DNA of 64,000 bases from an uncultured Bacteroidota bacterium (GTDB lineage Bacteria > Bacteroidota > Rhodothermia > Rhodothermales > UBA10348): positions 55,195 to 119,194 of the forward strand of contig CALFHN010000145.1 in NCBI GenBank assembly GCA_937876355.1. The letters are read 5' to 3'. Within the stretch, counting starts at the first letter, position 1. Each line of letters opens with the position of its first letter. Below, piece after piece: positions 27,702-37,297 of this stretch. The position numbers were made by a program, and so were the translations under genes. Under the pieces are notes generated by a model. That model made no database searches. It had not been told where the DNA came from and saw only the letters and a list, made by a program, of their open reading frames with translations.

Positions 27702-28684
27702 GCCACAACCCTTTGAAACGCTTCCTTCAGTACACCAGCTAAAAATTCAGAGTACGGGACACCCTGTAATTCCGCCATTATAGCGAATGTCCCGTTTGGC
27801 GCAAAGGTTGGCAGAGGGTTAATCTCCAAAAACCACTCTTTCCCTTTTGAATCGACTCGAAAATCGATTCGGGCGAAATCTTTGCACTCCAATTTGTGAA
27901 AGATGGTTAGTGCCGAGGCTTGAAGTCGGGCTTCTAATTCGGAAGTCAGCACTCCGGGTAAGCTGAACGAGTAGTCCTGCTCAGGTAGGCCTTTTCGGTC
28001 TAGGACATGAAGTCCGATTCCCGTATCTGTTTCTATGGCTCTTTGGATGACGGGCAGTGTACGCGCCGGATTGTGACCAATTACCGCAACCGTATACTCG
28101 CTACCTTCAACAAATTCTTCAACCAAAACATCCTGACCGTAATTCGAAGTGATGTCACTTACTTGGTTACGTAACTCCTGAATCGACTGCACTTTGCTGG
28201 CTATCGTTAGTCCTTTTGCAGAACCCTCGTACCTAGGCTTCACAAAAAGCGGAAATCTGCGCGGAAGGCGTAAACAATCAACTTCTTCATTTTCACAAAA
28301 AACGGCATAGTTAGGTGTGAACAAACCAGCACTGACGGCCAAATCTTTGGTCCAGACTTTGTCTAAACTCAGCGACAACGTGAGCGCATCCGAACCAATA
28401 AAAGGGACCCCCATCATTTCCAATAACGTTGGCGCTTCTCCTTCTCTATTACGTCCCCGTCCTCCTTCTGCAATATTGATGGCTACGTCAAAATCCGGAT
28501 TATCCATGCGAGACAATAGGTTACGGGCCGGACCTACGCGAAGAGGTTCGTGATTTAAGGCTCTAATAGCAGACTCGAGAGCCAGCACGGTCTCTTCCGG
28601 TTCGTTTTCTACGTCTGCATCGAACGCCTCGCCTTGGATCCAAGGGTAATCTTCAAATAAATCGTATATCAGTCCGACTCGCAT
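27698..28684 (-). CDS. D-Ala-D-Ala-ligase-like ATP-grasp amino-acid ligase
   Basis: NIAEG...RE, PFIGSD...LDK, FVKPRYEGSAKG, VEEFVEG, ARIDFR and LEINPLP motifs. Start placed at MRVGLIYD. Confidence 0.88.
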   Translation of the reverse strand: MRVGLIYDLFEDYPWIQGEAFDADVENEPEETVLALESAIRALNHEPLRVGPARNLLSRMDNPDFDVAINIAEGGRGRNREGEAPTLLEMMGVPFIGSDALTLSLSLDKVWTKDLAVSAGLFTPNYAVFCENEEVDCLRLPRRFPLFVKPRYEGSAKGLTIASKVQSIQELRNQVSDITSNYGQDVLVEEFVEGSEYTVAVIGHNPARTLPVIQRAIETDTGIGLHVLDRKGLPEQDYSFSLPGVLTSELEARLQASALTIFHKLECKDFARIDFRVDSKGKEWFLEINPLPTFAPNGTFAIMAELQGVPYSEFLAGVLKEAFQRVVA

Positions 28685-28818
28685 GGTTCTAATCGTCGAA
28701 AAATGATCTCTGTTGTAGAAATAAATGATCCTGAGCCATACTACGAACACTGGTTCTTTTTGTGCGAACCATCTATACTCTCTATCTACAATTCACCAAG
28801 GTCTTACAACATTCTGAA

Positions 28819-29664
28819 ATGGCACCCTTCTCAAATATTCAGCCCAACCTCGGGTCCTCCTCCAGCATCGCCGTATTGTTGGTGATGGCTTTTGCCATCA
28901 CCAGCTGCAATCAGCAACAAGGACCGGCTTCACTTTCATTTCCTGAGGGCTCCTTGGTAGATATGTCGTACGCGTATAATGAAAACACTATCTACTGGCC
29001 AACGGCTCCGGGTTTTGTCAAATCGACCGATTTTGAAGGTGTAACTGAAGGAGGTTTTTACTACACCGCGTATTCATTTAGCTCCGCTGAACATGGTGGG
29101 ACACATTTGGATGCGCCAGTTCACTTTGCCGAAGGGAAACACTCGAATGATCAGATTCCGTTAGAGAGCTTGATGGGAAACGCAATAGTAATCGATGTCC
29201 AGGTGCAAGCTGCCGAAAATCGAGATTATCTGATTTCAACTGCTGACATCGCAACGTGGGAGGCTGAAAATGGGGCGATACCAGATGGCTCTATCGTTTT
29301 ATTCCGAACAGGATTTGGGAAGTTCTGGCCTGATCGCGAATCGTATATGGGCACCGCAGTACTCGGAACAGAAGGGGTCGCTCTGCTGCATTTCCCAGGA
29401 ATTGACCCGTCTGTGGCAACTCTACTTGCCACCGAACGCACTATCAAAGCCGTCGGAATCGATACACCAAGCATCGATTTTGGTCAGTCTACCCTATTTG
29501 AGACCCATCAAAACTTATTTAGCGCCAACATTCCGGCATTCGAAAACGTTGCCAATTTGGATAAATTGCCTGTCACCGGTGCCTTGGTTATCGCGTTGCC
29601 GATGAAAATCGAAGGGGGCAGCGGCGGCCCACTCCGAATGGTAGGAATCATTCCAAATAACTAG
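28819..29664 (+). CDS. cyclase family (kynurenine-formamidase-like) metal hydrolase, lipoprotein
   Basis: EHGGTHLDAPVHF, HFPG, GIDTPSID, FENVANL and GGSGGPLR motifs; lipobox ITSC. Confidence 0.9.
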   Translation: MAPFSNIQPNLGSSSSIAVLLVMAFAITSCNQQQGPASLSFPEGSLVDMSYAYNENTIYWPTAPGFVKSTDFEGVTEGGFYYTAYSFSSAEHGGTHLDAPVHFAEGKHSNDQIPLESLMGNAIVIDVQVQAAENRDYLISTADIATWEAENGAIPDGSIVLFRTGFGKFWPDRESYMGTAVLGTEGVALLHFPGIDPSVATLLATERTIKAVGIDTPSIDFGQSTLFETHQNLFSANIPAFENVANLDKLPVTGALVIALPMKIEGGSGGPLRMVGIIPNN

Positions 29665-29713
29665 AAATCACTCTCATCCGGAGTAGGTGTTCAATTAAAC
29701 CTCATTTAGTTCG

Positions 29714-29744
29714 TAGCAATTTTAGTCCCTAGCAATTTTAGTCC
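29714..29744. repeat. two-copy direct repeat (16-bp period) at the cusA stop
   Basis: TAGCAATTTTAGTCC at 29714-29728 and 29730-29744. Confidence 0.85.
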
Positions 29745-32700
29745 GCCGCAATTGGCTGTGGAATGTCAGCAGTTTTTAATCCAATTTGTCGTTCCCGCCA
29801 GACGTAATAGATAACGGGGATAACAATTAGAGTAAGCACCGTCGATGATATCATTCCCCCAATCATCGGGGCGGCTATTCGTCGCATTACTTCAGAGCCC
29901 GTGCCGTGTCCCCACATGATGGGAAGCAGCCCCGCCATAATCGTGACTACGGTCATCATTTTGGGCCGGACTCTTTCAACTGCTCCGTGTACCACGGCAG
30001 CATATAAGTCCTTGACTCCTGTCATGGCACCGTTCTTTATTCCGGCTTTATACGCTTGGTCGAGATAAATCAACATGATCACACCGGTTTCGGCCGCCAC
30101 GCCCGCTAGAGCAATAAACCCGACCCCAACGGCCACACTAAGATTGTACTCCAACAAATAGATCAACCAGACACCACCGACCGCGGCAAATGGCACTGAA
30201 AGCATCACAATCAAACTTTCTTGTACGCTACGGAAATTTAAATAGAGGAGCATAAAAATGACAAATATGGTAAACGGGATGACCAATTTTAACCGTTCTT
30301 TGGCTCGCTCCATATATTCGTATTGACCACTCCAAACCAAGGAATATCCGGCTGGCAACACGATGTTCTGAGAGACGACTTCTTTCGCCCCATTCACATA
30401 GGTCCCGATGTCAATATCCCTGATATCCACGTAGACCCAGGCCGTACGACGTGCGTTTTCGCTTTTGATCACGGACGGACCCTTGGTTAATTCCATTTTG
30501 GCCACGTAACTAAGAGGAATTTGATTGCCTCTCGGCGTAGCAATTAAGACCCGTTCAAGTTCGACCAAATTATCCCTGGTCTCGCGAGAATATCGGACAT
30601 TGACAGGATATCGCTCAAGCCCTTCAACCGTTTGGGTCACGTTCATCCCTCCGATGGCAGACATAATGACGTCTTGCACATCCCCAACCGTTAGCCCGTA
30701 CCGGGCGGCTTCAAGTCGATCAATTTTCCAATCCAAAAAATTACCACTTACAGGCTTGTCTGGAAATGCGCTCAGTGTACCTGGAACGTCTGCCAGTAAA
30801 ACGGCAACATCCGACGTAAGCTTCGACAATACCTCTAAATCTGGCCCCATAATCTTGATTCCAACCGGCGTCTTAATACCAGTAGAAAGCATATCAATGC
30901 GTGTTTTGATCGGCATGGTCCATGCATTGGTCAAGCCTGGAAATTGAATCGCTGCGTCTAATTCATCGATTAATTTTTCTACGGTCATTCCGTCACGCCA
31001 TTCCTCTTGTGGCCGGAGCATAATGGTGGTTTCCATCATTGATAGAGGAGCTGGATCTGTGGCCGTCTCGGCACGACCGACTTTTCCAAAAACGTGATGA
31101 ACTTCCGGAAACGTCATCAGAATCCGGTCGGTTTGTTGAACTAATTCGCGCGCTTTTGTGATACTAATGCCCGGGTCCGTGGTGGGCATGTACAGGATGT
31201 CGCCTTCGTTCAGCGCTGGCATAAACTCAGATCCCAGCTTAGAAAGGGGCCAAAAGGTTACTAAAAGTACTACTGTAGAAAGGGCGATAGTCCACCATTT
31301 AAATCTCAGAGCGACTTTGATACAAGGATTGTAAATCCGTTGAAAGAAAAGATTAATTGGGTTTTTCTTTTCTGGAATTATCCGTCCTTTAATGAAGTAT
31401 CCCATGAGCACTGGGACCACCGTGATGGCCAACAATGCGGCAGCAGCCATTGCGTAGGACTTGGTGTAGGCCAATGGCTTGAACAGCTTGCCCTCCTGAC
31501 CCTGAAGAGAAAATACCGGTAAAAACGACAGGGTGATGATTAAAAGGGAATAGAACAATGCGGGTCCTACTTCTTTGGAAGCGTCAATCACGATCTGCCA
31601 GTGGTCCTTTTTACCAGCGTCGACTTCTAGATGCTTGTGCATGTTTTCTATCATCACAATGGCAGCATCAACCATCGCCCCAATGGCTATAGCTATCCCC
31701 GCAAGGGACATGATGTTGGCGCTTAATCCTTGGGAGTACATGATTATGAAAGCAATCAGTATGCTCATGGGAAGAGAAAAAACAGCTACAAAAGCGCTTC
31801 GGAAATGAAGGAGAAACAACAACACTATCAACGTGACTACAATTATCTCCTCAAGCAATTTATTTTTCAAATTGTCGATTGCTCGGTGAATTAAGCTGGA
31901 GCGGTCATATGCTGATTTGATGGTCACCCCTTCCGGAAGACCAGCTTGCAATTGCTCTAATTTCCGCTTTACACCTTCGATGGTCGCTAGTGCGTTTGCA
32001 CCGTAACGCATTACCACGATTCCACCGACCGCCTCCCCTTCGCCATTCCATTCCACCAATCCTCGCCTGAGTTCAGGGCCTATGTGTACATTTGCTACAT
32101 TTTTTATGAGAATGGGTGTCCCCGTTCCATCAACTCCAACAGGCACGTTTTCGATATCTTCGATCGATTTGATATATCCCAAGCCGCGAACCATGAATTC
32201 GGTTTCTCCCATCTCAACTAATCTGCCGCCAACGTCAGCATTAGATCTAGTGAGCGCTACTCGCACCTTGCTCAGCGGAATACCATAAGCTTGAAGTCGA
32301 TTGGGATCGACTTCCACTTGATATTGTTTGACATATCCTCCAATAGATGCGACTTCAGAAACGCCTGGAACGCTGGTCAACTCGTACCTTAAAAACCAAT
32401 CTTGAATCGTTCGAAGTTGTTGCAAATCGTATTTATCCCCACCATCCAGCACGTATTCGTACACCCAACCTACTCCGGTGGCATCGGGGCCCAACGACGG
32501 AGTAATCCCAGCCGGCATTCTGCCAGAAGCGAAATTCAGGTACTCTAGTACCCGACTCCGAGCCCAATACATGTCCGTGCCTTCCTCAAAAATGATGTAG
32601 ACAAAAGACAATCCAAACATGGAATACCCCCGGACCGTCTTGGCAAACGGGACAGAAAGCATGGCCGTTGTAAGCGGATATGTAACTTGATCTTCAATGA

Positions 32701-32878
32701 CTTGCGGTGCTTGGCCCGGAAATTCTGTGAAGATGATGACTTGAACATCTGATAGATCGGGAATAGCGTCGACAGACGTATTCATGACGGCATACCATCC
32801 TACCAGTGCCGTAAGGCCGGCCAAAACCAGGACCATGATCCGATTGTGGACTGAAAATTCAATAATTCGTTCTAACAT
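29738..32878 (-). CDS. cusA: CusA/CzcA heavy-metal RND efflux pump (CusA-like)
   Basis: DAIPDLSDVQVI, GPDATGVGWVYEY, LYMPTT, PAPLSMMET, AWTMPIKTRIDML and RVRPKMMT; Met ligands typical of Cu/Ag pumps. Confidence 0.95.
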   Translation of the reverse strand: MLERIIEFSVHNRIMVLVLAGLTALVGWYAVMNTSVDAIPDLSDVQVIIFTEFPGQAPQVIEDQVTYPLTTAMLSVPFAKTVRGYSMFGLSFVYIIFEEGTDMYWARSRVLEYLNFASGRMPAGITPSLGPDATGVGWVYEYVLDGGDKYDLQQLRTIQDWFLRYELTSVPGVSEVASIGGYVKQYQVEVDPNRLQAYGIPLSKVRVALTRSNADVGGRLVEMGETEFMVRGLGYIKSIEDIENVPVGVDGTGTPILIKNVANVHIGPELRRGLVEWNGEGEAVGGIVVMRYGANALATIEGVKRKLEQLQAGLPEGVTIKSAYDRSSLIHRAIDNLKNKLLEEIIVVTLIVLLFLLHFRSAFVAVFSLPMSILIAFIIMYSQGLSANIMSLAGIAIAIGAMVDAAIVMIENMHKHLEVDAGKKDHWQIVIDASKEVGPALFYSLLIITLSFLPVFSLQGQEGKLFKPLAYTKSYAMAAAALLAITVVPVLMGYFIKGRIIPEKKNPINLFFQRIYNPCIKVALRFKWWTIALSTVVLLVTFWPLSKLGSEFMPALNEGDILYMPTTDPGISITKARELVQQTDRILMTFPEVHHVFGKVGRAETATDPAPLSMMETTIMLRPQEEWRDGMTVEKLIDELDAAIQFPGLTNAWTMPIKTRIDMLSTGIKTPVGIKIMGPDLEVLSKLTSDVAVLLADVPGTLSAFPDKPVSGNFLDWKIDRLEAARYGLTVGDVQDVIMSAIGGMNVTQTVEGLERYPVNVRYSRETRDNLVELERVLIATPRGNQIPLSYVAKMELTKGPSVIKSENARRTAWVYVDIRDIDIGTYVNGAKEVVSQNIVLPAGYSLVWSGQYEYMERAKERLKLVIPFTIFVIFMLLYLNFRSVQESLIVMLSVPFAAVGGVWLIYLLEYNLSVAVGVGFIALAGVAAETGVIMLIYLDQAYKAGIKNGAMTGVKDLYAAVVHGAVERVRPKMMTVVTIMAGLLPIMWGHGTGSEVMRRIAAPMIGGMISSTVLTLIVIPVIYYVWRERQIGLKTADIPQPIAAD

Positions 32879-32908
32879 TGGAAAACTCCGGATTCAGATC
32901 GACTAAAA

Positions 32909-34333
32909 TTAGTGGTCGTGCGCTTGAGTGGCGCCTTTTGTTGAGTCAGGGGGTGAAATCGGCTTGATCTCCATTTCTGACATCTCCTTTTCTGACATCT
33001 CCGTTTTTGAGTGGTCCATTTTGGATACATCGCCGGGTACACTTCCAGAAACACCGGCCTGATTGCTTCTCATTTTTTGAATCGCTTCCTGCAATCGACT
33101 TTCAGACGCAATCAAAAATTGCGCGGACGTCACGACTTGCTCGCCAGCCTCTAAGCCGCTGACAATATGAGTCAAGCCGTTGCCTGGCCCACCTTCGCTC
33201 CCGATCTGCACCGCTCGAGGTTCAAACGAGCCATTCTCGGAGGTCACGAATACTAAAGAGCGTTTGCCAGATCTGATGATTGCTTCTGATGGAACCACCA
33301 CCACATTTTTTAGCGTTTTGCCTGTGAGCTGCACGTTGGCGAACATACCAGGTTTAAGCTCCCTATCGGAATTCGAAACTACAATTCGGACATGAACATC
33401 CCTGGCTTGGTCTCTCAACACTGGATATATGTAGGACACGACCCCCTTATAAACTCTGCCTGGCAGGTAGCTAAGTTCTACCTCTACGGACTGCCCGAGA
33501 TTTATCCATGGAAGTTCATAGTCGTAGAAACTAGCATGGACCCATACCTGACTTAGATCAGCGATGCGAAATACATTGCTCCCTTTATTGATGAATCCGC
33601 CCTCTATGATGTCTTTTTGCAATACAATGCCAGACACGGGCGCAGAAACCGTGACAGCCTGTTGGACTTTTCTGGTGTGATTCAAATGTTCTACTATTTC
33701 AGGCGAAATTTCCCAGTTTAAGAGGCGCGTTTTTGAAGCTTCGACGAGTCGCCTCGCCCCTTGTACTACAGTTTCATTTGAGCCATCGGCAAGTGATTCG
33801 AGATATTCCAACGAGCGAATGTACTCCTCTTGCGTGGCCACCAGCTCGGGGGAATAGATATCGAAGAGAGGATCTCCCTTTTTGACAGTCGCTCCTTCAT
33901 AACCAACATGCAGCGTATTCACCCATCCAGAAACGCGGGCATTTACGTTAACCACGGTCTCGTCATTAACATTGATTTCGCCCACCGTTCTAATGAGTCG
34001 ATCTAAATCCATTCTATGAACTTGGCCGTATCGAACACCCATTTGCTGGGATACGACATCGTTGATCATAACACTTCCGGCAGATCGCGCAGGAAGATCT
34101 TCTTCATATACTGGTACCAGATCCATATTCATGCTTGATTTGCCCGGAGCATCGTATATCTCGGTCGGATCCATGGGTGCGCGCCAATACAGAACTTTTG
34201 ATTCAGCATTTGAAGTTTCAGCAACAGGATCTGCAATTTTATTTTCATCCGAAGAGGTGCGGCCCAGCCAATACCCCCCGACGGTAGTCACTAAGATCAG
34301 AGCAACTATATACACGTAATGAATACTTTTCAT
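32909..34333 (-). CDS. cusB: CusB-like RND periplasmic adaptor
   Basis: YWRAPMDP...PGKSSMNMDLVP metal-binding N-domain, IYSPELVATQEEY and LKPGMFA; Met/His-rich tail. Confidence 0.92.
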   Translation of the reverse strand: MKSIHYVYIVALILVTTVGGYWLGRTSSDENKIADPVAETSNAESKVLYWRAPMDPTEIYDAPGKSSMNMDLVPVYEEDLPARSAGSVMINDVVSQQMGVRYGQVHRMDLDRLIRTVGEINVNDETVVNVNARVSGWVNTLHVGYEGATVKKGDPLFDIYSPELVATQEEYIRSLEYLESLADGSNETVVQGARRLVEASKTRLLNWEISPEIVEHLNHTRKVQQAVTVSAPVSGIVLQKDIIEGGFINKGSNVFRIADLSQVWVHASFYDYELPWINLGQSVEVELSYLPGRVYKGVVSYIYPVLRDQARDVHVRIVVSNSDRELKPGMFANVQLTGKTLKNVVVVPSEAIIRSGKRSLVFVTSENGSFEPRAVQIGSEGGPGNGLTHIVSGLEAGEQVVTSAQFLIASESRLQEAIQKMRSNQAGVSGSVPGDVSKMDHSKTEMSEKEMSEMEIKPISPPDSTKGATQAHDH

Positions 34334-34345
34334 GATTTCAGCCAG

Positions 34346-35749
34346 TTAAAATTGTTCTGATATGAGTCTGTTCAAACGACCTGATATGCGATCGAGCATA
34401 AGTTGTCCTGCTCCTAGTCGTTTGAACAATTCAATTCGTTCCATCTCAAGTTGGAACCGAGTACGCTCGGCATCCAATAGGTCCAAAAAGTCCCCTCTTG
34501 CGCTTGAATAGGAAAAAACGGAAGATTCTATCAACGCCTCAGCGGAGGGTAACAAGGATGAATTGATGTGATCAATGGACTTTCGATCGAAAATAGTATT
34601 GGAATTGACTTCAGTGAAAAGGTCCTCGATGGACTGTTTCGATGACTCAATTTGTTCTCCAATTGCCCTTATCTGGAGTTGCGATTCCTCCTTTTTGGAT
34701 CGGTATGAGGATTGACCCAGCGGTATTTTGACAGATACTCCAATAGCTAAGGCGTCTCTGCCATCGGAAGACGCGGGCATGTCGGACTTCACTATTCCAA
34801 TCCAGTTCAGGCTAACCCCAAAATCAGGACGGTTATAGTACTCGATTAAATGTTTTTGTGAAGTAGCTAGATCCAAAGACCGGGAAAGAGCTCGCAAGTC
34901 GCTGCGGCTCTCTAATTCCAGAGTGGCCTGATCAGGACCATCAATTCCCGGATCACCCCTCGGAGCTCCGTCCAAACTCAATCCTGTTGATTCCAATTTG
35001 ATTGGCCGCTGCACCAAGCGTTCAATAAGTAGCTTTTTCGCTTCGATCACTCTTAGAAATTCCAAATTTGATTGGTCTAAGCGGGCCCGCTCCAACTGGA
35101 TTTTTAGTACAGACTGCTGATTGCCCTCCCCAACTTCATATTTTCGAAGAGCCAAATCCTCGTATCCATCCAAGCGCTCTTGAAATCTCCTGTTAACGGC
35201 CCTCAACGCTGTAAATTTATTGATTTCGTTCAATGCCAGTTGACCTTCCAAAATGGCTTCAACTGCAAATGATTGGACTTTATCGGTTCCAATTTCAGCC
35301 TCGATCACGGCCATTTTCCGCATCAACGCCAGTTTTCCAGGATACGGGATCATTTGCTCCACACGTATTCCGAGCACTTGTTTGCCTCTGGCCGTATAAA
35401 CGGGCAAGGGTTGCCCGGTAACCATTAGAGTTGGATCTGGAAATGCCCCGACATAACGCTCTCGCACCATTTGGGCCTCTGCAGAGCTACGGAGCGACTG
35501 AATAGCCTGATTCGACTGCAAAATCGAACGAATCAGATCGTTTTGGGTGGAAATAAGAACGGTGTCAGCGATCGCGGTGTCTGAGGTCGCGGCTTGGAAG
35601 GCGATCATGGCTTGTAAGGCCACGCCCTCGAAACCAGCAACTGGTTCTCGCGGCTCGTCAAGCACAAAAAAGGATGGAGCTGCGAAAACAGGAGAAGATT
35701 GAAGAAGTCCCACCCATAAAAGGGTAAGGAATATTCGAGAAACGGACAT
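34346..35749 (-). CDS. TolC/CusC family outer-membrane efflux protein
   Basis: FPDPTL, EQMIPYPGKL, YEVG, DFLDLLDAER; in an operon with cusBA. Confidence 0.9.
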   Translation of the reverse strand: MSVSRIFLTLLWVGLLQSSPVFAAPSFFVLDEPREPVAGFEGVALQAMIAFQAATSDTAIADTVLISTQNDLIRSILQSNQAIQSLRSSAEAQMVRERYVGAFPDPTLMVTGQPLPVYTARGKQVLGIRVEQMIPYPGKLALMRKMAVIEAEIGTDKVQSFAVEAILEGQLALNEINKFTALRAVNRRFQERLDGYEDLALRKYEVGEGNQQSVLKIQLERARLDQSNLEFLRVIEAKKLLIERLVQRPIKLESTGLSLDGAPRGDPGIDGPDQATLELESRSDLRALSRSLDLATSQKHLIEYYNRPDFGVSLNWIGIVKSDMPASSDGRDALAIGVSVKIPLGQSSYRSKKEESQLQIRAIGEQIESSKQSIEDLFTEVNSNTIFDRKSIDHINSSLLPSAEALIESSVFSYSSARGDFLDLLDAERTRFQLEMERIELFKRLGAGQLMLDRISGRLNRLISEQF

Positions 35750-35848
35750 AAATCTGCACGTGCAAGGAGAAATTAGAGTTTGCTAAGACACGTATTGTCA
35801 AAGCCCTTGGGCCCTCGTCTATAACGAGCGAGGCCGAACAAACTCTTT

Positions 35849-36313
35849 TTACAAGCGCAGAACAGAATGTAGATCTGGGGGAGAGGCTGAAGGTTTAGAC
35901 GAATAGAATTGCCTGGAAGGCGGCTCAGAAGTGTCCTTTTTCCATTCGGGCAAATATTTCACTGCCGCTTGGTCTTTCACCGAAATTACCGAGGGCACCA
36001 TACCAAAGGGTGAAGGACCTTCTTCCATGAAACAACTCGAGCACATATCTAACGATTTTTCGCTAGTAAAACATGAAGGACAGTGCCCGTTTTGGCAATC
36101 GTTGGGCAGCAATTCCGTACCGGAAAAATGGCCTTTCCAACTTATGGAATCTGACACAGGTGAAGCTTGGTCGTTTGAACTGTCCGCCGTTACTGCAACT
36201 GACGAACCATGATTCCCATGCCCAGAGTGTAGTGACTCGGTTGCCTTCACCGATGGCACCAACACGACTAGAGAGGCCATAAATATGGCAGATATGACGA
36301 AAATTTGCTTCAC
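35849..36313 (-). CDS. exported His/Cys-rich hypothetical protein upstream of the cus operon
   Basis: Signal peptide, HSGHGNHG, CQNGHCPSC and CSSC, C-terminal PP..LHSVLRL. Confidence 0.6.
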   Translation of the reverse strand: MKQIFVISAIFMASLVVLVPSVKATESLHSGHGNHGSSVAVTADSSNDQASPVSDSISWKGHFSGTELLPNDCQNGHCPSCFTSEKSLDMCSSCFMEEGPSPFGMVPSVISVKDQAAVKYLPEWKKDTSEPPSRQFYSSKPSASPPDLHSVLRL

Positions 36314-36366
36314 AAATAGAACATAAGGTCGATTTTTCTTAAATCCACTATCAGCGCGTTGCGTTT

Positions 36367-37242
36367 TTAGTAAAGAGATACATTACGCAAAAAGCGTCGA
36401 ACAGCGTTTTCCGACCCAATCCATCCCAAAAGTACGCCAGATAGAATCATAGCTGTTCCAAAAGAAGCTATAGAAGCAAAGTCTGGAGTTCCGAGCTGGG
36501 GCACGTAGGCCACGACAACAACATGGATCACCCAAATAATGAAAAGGGCCAGCAAGGAGGCAATAAGACCCTGGATTATTCCTTCGACGATGAACGGTTG
36601 CCGTATAAATGAATCTGTGGCTCCAACCAATTTCATGGTTCGAATCATTAGCCGGCGTGCATAGATGGCTAGCCTTATTGTGTTGGCCACTAAAAAGATA
36701 GATGCCAGGAGCACCAATAGACCGACTGCCCCGCCTATCAAACCTAACAATCGAAGATTTCCTTGTACTTTGACCAATAGGGGCCTATTAAACACGACCT
36801 CGTCAACCCGATTCCACGACGAAAACTCAGCTACGAGAACATTTAAACTATCCGAATTAATAAAGTCTGGTTCAACTCGAACCTTAATCGAAGCAGGAAG
36901 AAAAGTGTCTTCAAAAAAAACAGTCGCTTCATCCCCAAATTCCTGCTGAAATATTTCTCGCGCTTTCTCCTTACTTACATACTCGGCTTCGACAACACCA
37001 GGAGTGGATTGGGCCCTCAGATATAACGATTGGGCTACTGCTTCAGTGGTATCGTCTAGGAATATTTCAACCTCACCAACACGCTGTTTAAGCCAATCAG
37101 AGACCTCGTTGGCCTGCCACATCATAATGGCTATCAACCCAACCAAAACAAGCGCGACGGTCATAGCACTCGTGGCTGCCACCGAGGAAAAAGTGGACCG
37201 TCTGAATCCGGAAAGACCTTCTTTGATAGAATACGGTATCAT
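36367..37242 (-). CDS. ftsX: cell division permease FtsX
   Basis: YVSKEKA, LPAS, NTIRLAIYARR..IRTMKLVGATDSFIRQPFIVEG. Start placed at MIPYSIKEG. Confidence 0.93.
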   Translation of the reverse strand: MIPYSIKEGLSGFRRSTFSSVAATSAMTVALVLVGLIAIMMWQANEVSDWLKQRVGEVEIFLDDTTEAVAQSLYLRAQSTPGVVEAEYVSKEKAREIFQQEFGDEATVFFEDTFLPASIKVRVEPDFINSDSLNVLVAEFSSWNRVDEVVFNRPLLVKVQGNLRLLGLIGGAVGLLVLLASIFLVANTIRLAIYARRLMIRTMKLVGATDSFIRQPFIVEGIIQGLIASLLALFIIWVIHVVVVAYVPQLGTPDFASIASFGTAMILSGVLLGWIGSENAVRRFLRNVSLY

Positions 37243-37297
37243 TCGGGAAGTACCCAAGACCCGGCGACATGTTGCAATCAAAAGGAGAACGCTACAA

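Noticed and set aside
27698-28684. Calling the ATP-grasp gene the housekeeping ddl
   Set aside because: It lacks the N-terminal GGxSxE and the LHG motifs of true Ddl and is not in a cell-wall gene cluster.
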